Shown here in pieces: positions 38,801 through 48,355 of a DNA stretch of 64,000 nt. The stretch is from NCBI GenBank assembly GCA_964035545.1, contig OZ037767.1:30892628-30956627 (forward strand). The letters are read 5' to 3'. Made by a program: the position numbers and the translations under genes. Every line of letters starts with the position of its first letter. Positions within the stretch are counted from its first letter, which is position 1. The notes under the pieces are model-generated. The model worked only from the letters and a program-made list of their open reading frames with translations. It was not told where the DNA came from and made no database searches. This stretch comes from Bugula neritina. Lineage: Eukaryota; Animalia; Bryozoa.

Positions 38801-41359
38801 AAAATACTATTAACCTACAGGTGCTATGACAGGAGAATGACACTAACCTACAGGTGTTACGACAGGGGAATGACACTTACCTACAGGTGCTATGACAGGG
38901 GAATGACACTTATCTACAGGTGCTATGACAGGGGAGTGACACTTACCTACAGGTGCTACGACAGGAGAATGTAGAAGAGGAGATGCTCGATGCAACAGAA
39001 GTGTTGGTCTGCTTTTCTTCTTTGGTGGAGTTTTCTCCTCACTTTTATCCAACACTTGAGTTTCACCTCCATCTGAAAGGTCAAGGGTAAATAATTACTA
39101 TTTTGAGAAACTGAAATAGTAATGTAATGAAATTTTAACTGAAACTAGTGAGGCACATTGTTATAATCAAGAGAGACAACTCTATGCCCCAACCAATCAC
39201 AAAACAACTTCACTTGCCATCAGCACTACAATTTGTCTCCACGGAGCTTCTCTTTCGGCCAGTTGTTGGCATACAAAACACATCTTCCAATGACAACTCA
39301 CTATCTGCAAAGGGAGGCAACTTTAAATGACATACTTTGGTATTAAACGGCAAAGAAACTTATCCTCTTAATTAAGGAAAGGAAACTCCAAATACAGTAT
39401 TTATTTATTGGATAGAAAACTTCATACTATATAGGAGTGTTTAAGCTGGGAGAAGATAACTCTGCAAATACTTTGCATGCTAAATCAAGTGAGCAAACTA
39501 AAAGGTAATCACCATGAAGAGTGGGAAAGGAAGGGCAACTTTATATAATAGATAATTATACAACTTACCTGCAGTCACCTTAAAATAATCTAAAACAATG
39601 TGTAGCTAGTAGTTAGATGACACTGTAAGCAACTCCAAAACCACAGCATCTCTGGCATATTAAAAGTAATAGTTTAAACATTTAGAGACGGAAGAAACGT
39701 GTTGTTTGTAGGTCTGCAGAGCATATTGAATGTTATGCAGATGTGAGAAGTTGACAGTATCTTTCTGATCTCATACATAAGAGAGTATAGAGATTATTCT
39801 ACATACCATTTGAGTCTGCATTGCTGTTCACTTCCTCCTTGTCACCCTCACCTAGAAAATAAAACACCCAACATGTCATTGTCTTACTGAAAGCGTTTGC
39901 TGTCGAGCAGTCATGTGTTCATAGAACCATCTCAATTTTGATCTGCTAAATACAGTCAGACTAACTAGTCTTGGTTCATCAACTAACTGCAGGAATGCAG
40001 AGAAATGGAGACCACCACAGTCCTCTTGATATACACTATCAGATATACAGTCTATGATGTGCAATATTAGCAGCTTTGATACTAGATTCATGAGTGGTGC
40101 GCGCAACACTGCCACAAGTATACACAACTCCAAACGATGTACACACGCATACAGAGAGAGTATTACAATAGTCACCTGATTGGTTGAACTCGGCAGCCTG
40201 GGTTTCAAAGTCAAATAAATCTTCACCATCATTTTCATCTGAATCAGAATATCAAATATACATGATAGCATCTCATCTCAATGTGAGAACTTACTCTACC
40301 CTGTGACCAGTTCTATACCACTTGGTACTACGAGCTAACTCTACTCTGCTAGCAGAGAAAATTGATCACCCCTTGTAACAAAAAGCTCATAACTATACTT
40401 CACTGTGACTACACTAACTATAACTATACTGACAACTACACTGACGGTGACTCTACTACATAGTGACTACACTGGGCAGTAACTATAAATAAACTGTAAG
40501 GATAAATACAAGAACTGAGGGAGAGTATTGTCTACTGACTAGAACTTCTCTCAGCTGAGCTCTTCTCAACTCGAGAGGGAGAACTGAGTTTCGGGTTGGG
40601 AACTGCTTGAGTCTGCAACTCAAACAGCATGTCGTCTTCACTCCCGCTGTCTGCTGCTACAGCAGACGTACACGGATCTGTAAGATAACGGAGGAGAGGA
40701 TGAAAGCTGTACTCAGTCAGTAGTTAGTTAGTATCCAGTCAGTAGTTAGTTAGTACTGTGTTGGTACCCAGTTAGCACTCATTCAATACTCAGTCAGTAC
40801 TACGACATTACCCAGTTAGTGATGAGTGGCTGGTATAATTCAAGTTAGACTGGAGAAAAGTGAACATTGCATGTGATCCTTAGATGTCAACTTCAACAAA
40901 CCTTCATAACTCATAGCCTGAGTATCTGCAGCAAACAGATCTTGCGAGTCCAACACTTCACTTTCTAATAAACAAATAATTATATCTAAGAGAAGTGAAC
41001 AGATTCTAAGATAAAACTGCATTGTGAGATCACTAAGATTGAACTTTACACATCAGAAATATAATTGAGGTATCAGCTTCATGCTTGCTTCAAATAATTT
41101 TTAATAGGAACGGCATTTATTATTACTACTTTATTATAAAACTATGTGCTTTCAAACAATAATAATATTTTTAGTGGCTAAATATAGATATATAAATGAT
41201 TTAATAGTCAAGACCTCTAAGCGTTGAACTACTTCAACTACAGTAGGTGGTGAAGTTGCTTGTATGAATTTTACCATTTATTTTGGCAGTTGCTTCTCCC
41301 TGATTAGACAAGAGATTAGAATTGAAGCACAAAGCTTCGTCATCAGAGTCAGATTCCAT
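32855..41359 (-). CDS. MDC1: MDC1-like DNA-damage mediator: TQ-motif acidic N-terminal region, long S/T/basic disordered region, C-terminal tandem BRCT; about 1150 aa
   Basis: Exons 41359(ATG)-41275, 40964-40902, 40677-40540, 40238-40176, 39851-39807, 39304-39218 (GC donor), 39072-38947, 38481-38377, 38083-38006, 37591-37502, 37252-37166, 36861-35017, 34524-34409, 34203-34035, 33498-33340, 33057-32855 (3459 nt). BRCT pair with RVMFTG, CTHLIADEAKRTIKFLCAL..G.HIVT..WL, KPPP.EIKDIV..AGG and EFLLTGILRQ. Start codon and small exons are less certain. Confidence 0.78.
33510..33678. repeat. 32-bp minisatellite, about 5 copies, next to the MDC1 acceptor at 33499
   Basis: Unit atatgggcaacatgtctttagggctagaataa. 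Confidence 0.92.
34807..34928. repeat. 24-bp minisatellite, 5 copies, in an MDC1 intron
   Basis: Unit acaatacactgtgctggttagaac; explains the repetitive ORFs at 34756-35009. Confidence 0.95.
37766..37818. repeat. Perfect AT-rich palindrome, 26-bp arms, 1-nt loop
   Basis: ataacaatatattataggaaattata-a-tataatttcctataatatattgttat. Confidence 0.9.
38087..38182. repeat. 29-30-bp minisatellite abutting the MDC1 acceptor at 38084
   Basis: Units start at 38087, 38117, 38146 and 38175. Confidence 0.88.
38813..38971. repeat. 33-bp minisatellite spanning an MDC1 splice donor
   Basis: Units at 38813, 38846, 38879, 38912 and 38945; minus-strand unit ...cctgtcatagcacctgtag|gtaagtgtcattc. Confidence 0.93.
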
Positions 41360-41474
41360 GTAAACAGTTACAGCAGAAGCCTCTCCTTTCCACTAGAGAA
41401 ACTAACATACATTATTCGTATTATTACAAACTATGCCTAATAGTTAATATTATACATTATGTAAATTACACATG

Positions 41475-41534
41475 TGTTTATTTTAATAGCTTCAAAATAA
41501 TATGTATATTATTTTGAAGCTATTAAAATAAACA
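41475..41534. repeat. Perfect palindrome, 29-bp arms, 2-nt loop
   Basis: tgtttattttaatagcttcaaaataatat-gt-atattattttgaagctattaaaataaaca. Confidence 0.93.
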
Positions 41535-41841
41535 ACATCTACAAATTAAAATTATCAAAAACACAATGAAACTTCAAAATAAAATATTTTTTAGCCAAAT
41601 TTCAAGCAATTAACCTCTTTACAATCAAATTATTTTCAACATGCTTAGCAGTTGATAGAATGTAAATAACAATGATCTAAAAAGAATTACAAATAAAAGT
41701 AAGAAAATAATAGCTGCATGCCAAGTATTTACCGAACTAGTATTACTGAGGTTCAAACTGACACTAGCCGTAAAAGACAACAACTTACAGTTACTGCAAG
41801 TCCAACAAAAACACTGACAGTGGTCAGTGACACACTAAATC

Positions 41842-41961
41842 TGTTATATTTTGGCTCCGCCCATTTATTCAATATTGTGTATCCGGTTTTTGTTAGTTGT
41901 AACACTGCGCATACCAGCGTGGTTATTATTCAATTGGAAATATACCTCAGTAAATATAACA
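41842..41961 (+). repeat. 5' LTR (120 bp)
   Basis: Base-for-base identical to 46198-46317. Confidence 0.95.
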
Positions 41962-42022
41962 AGCTGGCGACGATTGATGGTCTTTATTTTTATTATTTTG
42001 AACTCAATATTTTTCTCTAACT

Positions 42023-45000
42023 ATGCCCGTGGGCAACATAAGTGAATTCAAGCACGACACAGAAGATTGGTCTACTTATAAGACCAGATTTACGTCATGG
42101 CTAATAGTGAATGATATTAATGAAAATGAAAAGCGAAAAGCAGCTTTTATTGCTATGCTTGGGAGTGAAGCTGTGAGCCTATTAGTGAGCTTATCAGCCC
42201 CTACATCAATCAACGAAATGGATTATACTGGCTTGCTGGAGCTGTTTGACAATCATTTTGGAGCTAAGAATGAGGTAGCAGAAGCGTATGTATTTGATAC
42301 CAGAACGCAATCACCTACTGAGTCAGTGTCTGACTTTATTCTGGCTCTCAAAGCACTGTCTACACACTGCAATTTTGGACCCACTGAACAGTTAAAACAA
42401 AAGCTACGGAACAGGCTTGTGGCTGGTGTCAGGTCTGACACAATCAGACAAGCATTGATAAGAGAAGGCACAACTCTGACATGGGATAATGCTGTGACTT
42501 TAGCGAAGCAAATGGACGATTACCAGTCAAGTGCTATGGCTAAACAAGCACTGCCATCAGAACCTGTGAATGCAGTCTATTCGGAAAGACAACCCACCAA
42601 CAGAGGTCCTCATGCTTCAAGGTCCCAGGCCTCCAACAGTCACACAGCCCCACGCCTGGGACCGCCATTACCCGCAGCTAAGTATTCTAACAGTAATTAT
42701 AACACAAAATGTTGGAGATGTGGTAGAGGTCATCATCCAGCTAGATGCAGGTTTAAAGATGCTAATTGCCACTCTTGTGGGAAAAGAGGACACATTAAAC
42801 CCATGTGTAATGGAGAAAGAGTTCAAACAAATATTGCTCAACAATATCATCCTGTACATTCATATGAAAGTGATTTATCATCAGACATGGCTAATATTGG
42901 AATAGCTAGCACTCTTTTGGCAGAAAAATCTAATTTATCTAATCCATATTCTGTTACTTTGCAAATTAATGATGCTAATGTCAATATGGAAATCGACACT
43001 GGTGCTTCAGTCTCATTAATTCCCTATTCTCTGTATCAGAAACATTTTAGCAATGTAAAACTTTCACCTTCTAATGTAAAATTTTGTAGCTTCACTGGAG
43101 ATGTGGTGAATTGCGAAGGTAAAATGGAAGTGAATGTCAAACATTTTGGCCAGACTAAACGGATGTGGCTTCATGTGCTTGGTGCATCAAAGTTTGCCCT
43201 GTTGGGGAGAGACTGGCTGGGAGAGTTGCAAATTAATTGGCAAGCCATAAAGAGTGTGGTAAGTTCATCGGTAAATGGCATTGAACGATTGCTGGCTGCC
43301 TACCCTGATATTTTTAAAGGTCAAGGTTTGCTAAAAGGTTCACCAGTTAAGCTTGAGTTGGTTGATGGCGCTACCCCCAAATGCTCTAAACCTTACAGAG
43401 TGCCTATTGCACTTCAGTCTGTAGTAGATAAGGAGCTTGATAGGCTAATTAATGAAGGAATTTTGACACCTGTTGAACACAGTAGCTGGTCCACTAGCTT
43501 ACTCTTTATCCCCAAACCTGACGGCTCGGTCAGACCTTGCGGTGATTTTAAGTCGACAGTCAACCCTCTTCTTAAGGAAGTAGCACCACCTCAAATAAAC
43601 ATGGAAAATATTCTGTGTGATTTAGCAGGAAACAAATATTTCTCAAACTTAGATTTTGCCCAAGCATATAATCAGATGGTCATACATGAGTCATCCAAAG
43701 AGTTGCTAACACTGGTCACCCATAGAGGCTTGTATCAGTATAACAGACTGCCGTATGGTATCAAGACTGCTCCGTCCTTGTGGCAAAATGCCATAGAACA
43801 TGTGCTTAATGGTATAGAGGGTGTTCATATATATTATGATGACATATTGATTGCAGGGCGAACTGTAGAGGAACATAACCATAGGCTAGAGTTGGTTTTC
43901 AAACGTATAAAAGAACATGGTTTGAAATTAAAGCACTCAAAATGTTCTTTTCTGAAGCCCGAAGTGAAATATCTTGGTCACATAATTAATGGTGAGGGCA
44001 TTAGGCCAATTCCTGCCAAGTTAGATAGCATCCTTGAAACTGAGGCACCTAAGGATAAATCGAAAGTGAGATCTTATGTGGGCCTACTGAATTTTTACAG
44101 GCGTTACTTGCCCAACCTTGCTGCGACTGTTGCCCCTTTGAATGCTTTGCTTAAGGCCAATGCTAAATTTGTCTGGGATAAGACGGCCCAGAATGCTTTT
44201 GAAAAATCTAAAAACTTATTGAGAGAAAGTAAGCTGCTAGTTCACTTTAACCCAAACTTGCCTGTGAAACTAACGTGTGATGCCTCAAGAGTAGGCATAG
44301 CAGCAGTTCTTTCACACGTTATTGATGATGTAGAACGCCCCATACAATTTGCATCTCGAAAATTAACATCTGCGCAGGTTTTGTATCCACAAATAGAGCG
44401 AGAAGGTTTGGCTGTTGTTTTTGGGTTAGAAAAATTCAGGCATTTCTTATATGGGCGGAAGTTTACTCTAGTGACGGACAATCAGGCTCTAAGTAGAATA
44501 TTTGCCCCAGAGAGGGGGCTTCCGGTTATGACAGCAGAGCGTATTCAAAGGTGGGCTTTAAAGCTTTCAGGATATGATTACACCGTTGAGTGGCGCAGAA
44601 GCAAAGATAATAGGGCAGATTTTCTTTCCCGGTATCCTGATTCAGTAGCTGCTAGTGAATTGAATGAAGAACCCCATGCCTTTATTTTTAAAGTTGACAA
44701 TCTTGGGCTTCCTATCACTTCCTTACAGGTTGCTAAGCTCACTGCTAAAGACCCAACACTGTGTAAGGTATTCAGACTAGTGAGAGAGGGCTGGCCTCAA
44801 AAATTGTGTGAGGCCGACTGGGATCTGAACCCTTTCTTTGCTAGGAGAAATGAGCTATCTATCATGTCAGGAGTAGTTATGTGGGGAAATCGAGTAGTTA
44901 TTCCCCGTTCTCTTCAAAACCCTCTGTTAAAGGAATTGCATGTTGAGCATTTAGGTATATGTAAAATGAAATCTGTAGCAAGGTCATTTATGTGGTGGCC

Positions 45001-46075
45001 AGGCTTAGACAAAGATATTGAAGCAACTAGCAGGTCTTGCGATTCATGCATGTCTATGAGTAATGACCCTAAAGCAGTTAATACACACCCATGGCTACCC
45101 ACAACTCGACCATATCAGCGCATTCACATTGACTATGCTGGTCCTGTAGAAGGTCATATGTTACTAGTAGTGGTGGATTCGTATTCTAAGTGGCCTGAAG
45201 TGTGTGTTACAAAATCTACCACCTCCCAAAGTACTATAAACATGCTTAGGCCAATCTTTGCTAGATGGGGTGTGCCTATGGAGCTGGTCAGTGACAATGG
45301 ACCACAATTTTGTAGTGAAGAGTTTGAAGCCTTTTTGGCACATTTGAGCATCAAGCATAAGAAAAGTGCACCTTATCATCCAGCCACTAATGGTTTAGCA
45401 GAGCGGTTTGTACAAACAGTCAAAAGTGCTCTAAGGGCCTCTCAAGGTTTAGATTTACAGTATCGGTTAGACAGGTTTTTGTTGGCTTATCGTAATGCTC
45501 CTCACTCAACTACTGGTGAGAGCCCTGCAACTTTAATGCTTGGTCGAACATTGAGAACAAGGCTTGATTGCTTAAAGCCTGACATAACATCAAAACTACA
45601 TGATGCAGGTCCTATAGCTATACACCGTGAATTTGACATAGGCTCAGATGTTTGGGTGAGGTGTTACCTTGGAGCTGTTAAATGGAAAAAGGGGGTAATA
45701 ATTGACCAGGTTGGCCCGTTGTGTTATTTCGTACAGGTAGGAGAAAAGAAATGGAAACGCCATGTAGACCAACTCAAGCACCGAGAAGCGAAAATAGCTA
45801 ATGACCAAAATGAAACCACTCCTTTAGATATCAGTGTTCAGCCATTTACCGGTGTGCCATGTGATTTAATTTCTAGGAACACACCTTCTTCATTAAGCCA
45901 CTTGCCACCAGTCTCTGCACCTCAAACAGGTCCAACCTCTGAGCACATGGAGCCTCGTCCTGATAGTCTTCAAACTCCTGCAACTGTGAGTACACCTTCA
46001 GCACCTGTCACCACACCTCCAGAGCCAAGGCGTTCAAGTAGGATACGTAAGCCAAGAGTGCTGTTAGACTTATAA
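42023..46075 (+). CDS. Gag-Pol polyprotein (gag with two CCHC knuckles, protease, RT, RNase H, integrase), 1350 aa
   Basis: CWRCGRGHHPARC and CHSCGKRGHIKPMC; protease IDTGA; RT YYDDIL; RNase H CDAS...IEREGLA; integrase H-H-C-C, IHIDY, SDNGPQF, NGLAER. Domain order RT-RH-IN. Confidence 0.96.
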   Translation: MPVGNISEFKHDTEDWSTYKTRFTSWLIVNDINENEKRKAAFIAMLGSEAVSLLVSLSAPTSINEMDYTGLLELFDNHFGAKNEVAEAYVFDTRTQSPTESVSDFILALKALSTHCNFGPTEQLKQKLRNRLVAGVRSDTIRQALIREGTTLTWDNAVTLAKQMDDYQSSAMAKQALPSEPVNAVYSERQPTNRGPHASRSQASNSHTAPRLGPPLPAAKYSNSNYNTKCWRCGRGHHPARCRFKDANCHSCGKRGHIKPMCNGERVQTNIAQQYHPVHSYESDLSSDMANIGIASTLLAEKSNLSNPYSVTLQINDANVNMEIDTGASVSLIPYSLYQKHFSNVKLSPSNVKFCSFTGDVVNCEGKMEVNVKHFGQTKRMWLHVLGASKFALLGRDWLGELQINWQAIKSVVSSSVNGIERLLAAYPDIFKGQGLLKGSPVKLELVDGATPKCSKPYRVPIALQSVVDKELDRLINEGILTPVEHSSWSTSLLFIPKPDGSVRPCGDFKSTVNPLLKEVAPPQINMENILCDLAGNKYFSNLDFAQAYNQMVIHESSKELLTLVTHRGLYQYNRLPYGIKTAPSLWQNAIEHVLNGIEGVHIYYDDILIAGRTVEEHNHRLELVFKRIKEHGLKLKHSKCSFLKPEVKYLGHIINGEGIRPIPAKLDSILETEAPKDKSKVRSYVGLLNFYRRYLPNLAATVAPLNALLKANAKFVWDKTAQNAFEKSKNLLRESKLLVHFNPNLPVKLTCDASRVGIAAVLSHVIDDVERPIQFASRKLTSAQVLYPQIEREGLAVVFGLEKFRHFLYGRKFTLVTDNQALSRIFAPERGLPVMTAERIQRWALKLSGYDYTVEWRRSKDNRADFLSRYPDSVAASELNEEPHAFIFKVDNLGLPITSLQVAKLTAKDPTLCKVFRLVREGWPQKLCEADWDLNPFFARRNELSIMSGVVMWGNRVVIPRSLQNPLLKELHVEHLGICKMKSVARSFMWWPGLDKDIEATSRSCDSCMSMSNDPKAVNTHPWLPTTRPYQRIHIDYAGPVEGHMLLVVVDSYSKWPEVCVTKSTTSQSTINMLRPIFARWGVPMELVSDNGPQFCSEEFEAFLAHLSIKHKKSAPYHPATNGLAERFVQTVKSALRASQGLDLQYRLDRFLLAYRNAPHSTTGESPATLMLGRTLRTRLDCLKPDITSKLHDAGPIAIHREFDIGSDVWVRCYLGAVKWKKGVIIDQVGPLCYFVQVGEKKWKRHVDQLKHREAKIANDQNETTPLDISVQPFTGVPCDLISRNTPSSLSHLPPVSAPQTGPTSEHMEPRPDSLQTPATVSTPSAPVTTPPEPRRSSRIRKPRVLLDL

Positions 46076-46197
46076 TACTTTCAATTTTATTATTTTACAG
46101 TTACATTGTTCTTTCATTTCTTTCTGTCTTACTTTGAATTTATTACTTGTTTTGTTTCTTAAATGTTTTGTAAGTCAAGCTTTGTAAAGGGAGAATC

Positions 46198-46317
46198 TGT
46201 TATATTTTGGCTCCGCCCATTTATTCAATATTGTGTATCCGGTTTTTGTTAGTTGTAACACTGCGCATACCAGCGTGGTTATTATTCAATTGGAAATATA
46301 CCTCAGTAAATATAACA
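46198..46317 (+). repeat. 3' LTR (120 bp)
   Basis: Identical to the 5' LTR and preceded by a polypurine tract. Confidence 0.95.
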
Positions 46318-47004
46318 AAGTCTAACACTAATAGTTCAAATAATAAAAATCCTAAGAGTAGGTCTTAGAATTAGAATGAGCCACAGTAATAAACTTGTAG
46401 GCATTAGTAGACTGTTGAGACTCATAAGTCTAAGTCTAAGTCTAAGGGTCTTGCAGTTGGTGTTACAATTATACTTAGTGACTGTAAGCCAGAGTCAGTC
46501 TCTCTGAAATTCTCTAACAGTTATACTTAGCATGAATGTTACTGTTAGTCACACTCATTCTGACACTCATACTCAATGTGAATGTAGTCGTAACAGACAC
46601 ACTCATAGCCACAGTTAGTGTCACACACTTACATTAGGTTTAACTGACTAACAGTAACTGTAAGACTAAGATCAAGAGTAAGTGCAACACTAACAGCCTC
46701 AGCCTGACACCAACGGCAACAGTATGAGTAACTCATAGTGATAGTGACACTGATAGTGATAGCCATAGTGATAGTAATACTGATAGTAATAAAATTATGT
46801 TCAAACATTTACTTTGCTATTTCTATGACTTTGAGATTAATAAAATAAATATAGTTAGTAAAACTAATTACAGTTGCACATTCAACTTCGTACTACTAGT
46901 ACTACTACTAGTCTAGATTAAATTCTAACAGCCAGTACCTCAAAATATCAACTTTTAATTGTTTGTCAAAGTGCATAGAAAATTACAAAATGAAAAAGAA
47001 GATT

Positions 47005-47100
47005 AAATGTTTCCGCGCATTGAGATACTTTGAAATTTGGCCAACAATTGGTCTAAGATTGGCCAATTATTGGACAGTTTTGTGCAATGACGTAAATCTT
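47005..47100. promoter_or_regulatory. Probable bidirectional promoter shared by the MDC1-like gene (-) and the membrane-protein gene (+)
   Basis: E2F-like TTTCCGCGC at 47010-47018, CHR-like TTTGAA at 47029-47034, several ATTGG/CCAAT boxes at 47047-47073, and TGACGTAA at about 47088. Candidate minus-strand 5' UTR exon donor (GAG|gtactg) at 46938. Lies between divergent genes and is largely conserved in the duplicate at about 63370-63460. Confidence 0.6.
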
Positions 47101-48355
47101 TTAACCAGTTAAGCGGTACTCTAGGATCCCCGACCTTGCAGAGTGAAGTATTTACTTAGGATCACGTACACCGATAATAAACTTATATAACTCGAAATTT
47201 ATTATTTGGCTGCGGTTGTTAACTAAGAGCAGGTTGTTTAGCCAAACTCATTTGTTTTAAAATACTAAACGGAGTAAAAATTAGCATACAACCTTTCACC
47301 TACTAGGCTGAGGCTGTCTGCTAATACTAATAGTAATACTACTACTAGTGGCAGTAGACGTAGTAAATCGCTGTGATTGCAAGTTTCAGAGTAAGACTAA
47401 GACTGAGTAAGAGTAACACTAAGTCTAACACTAACATAAACTGATAAACATTAATACTCACCCAGTGATTCACACTCAGTCTGAGTTTCACATTCGCACT
47501 GATACTTTTTAGTCACAGTCATAGATTCATAGTGTATGTTTATGCTACATAAAGTTGAGCGTTCTTATAATTAAAGTTAAACCTTGCTTGTATTCACTGT
47601 GACTATAAGCTTAAGGTATAAACTATTGTTGTAGTAAATATATAATTATAAGATTAAGTATAAATATAATTATATTGAATTTGATACAATAATTATGAAT
47701 AACTGTTAACCTAACTTCAAGTTTAACTGTCGCTTTGACTTTGAGTTTGAGTCAGTTCGGGTTCCTGTAACTATTAGACTTAGTCTAATCACTAATGGTA
47801 ATACTTGTACTAATAGTAATACTAGTACTGATAGTAATTAAGTAGTTTATTTAGATTAAACGTACTATTTTAGTAGTGCAATAAATATAATAATTTAGAC
47901 TTGTAGTTGTACAATACTTAGCTTATTAATACTATTACTATTAATATAAATATCAAATTCAATATTATAATCACAATGGATACATTTAATTGCTACTAGT
48001 GGCAGTGCACGTTGTTGAGACTGAGGTGGCTAAATTGACTGCTACATTTATTGTTTCAACACCTAACAAGGTGTGGAAATGTTTCTACAGAAAGTCTTTG
48101 TTTTTAGCTAACTAGAACACTTGAACTTGTTTAATCTAGATGATAAGACATACTGGATTCTAAAATAGTTTATCTTTTAAGACAACCAATCACAAACGGC
48201 TTTTTAGATCAGCATATTTGATTTGCTAAATGAAAGTCTTGTATAATCATATATTGGGTATATATATGAATGCAGCATATGGCTATAATCATTTAGTTTA
48301 TTGTTTGTCTACCAAGCTGCACTGTTAAACTGAGAAGAATTTTGCAGCCGAAAAT

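Larger units (their letters stand above)
41842..46317 (+). mobile_element. Full-length Ty3/Gypsy LTR retrotransposon (Mag-like), apparently intact
   Basis: Identical 120-bp LTRs (41842-41961 and 46198-46317, TGTTATATTT...AAATATAACA); PBS-like TGGCGACGA at 41965; PPT AAAGGGAGAA before the 3' LTR; 5-bp flanks AAATC/AAGTC; single gag-pol ORF. Confidence 0.96.

Noticed and set aside
42253-45379. Short antisense ORFs inside the intact Gypsy element
   Set aside because: Expected by chance opposite a long ORF; no recognisable features.
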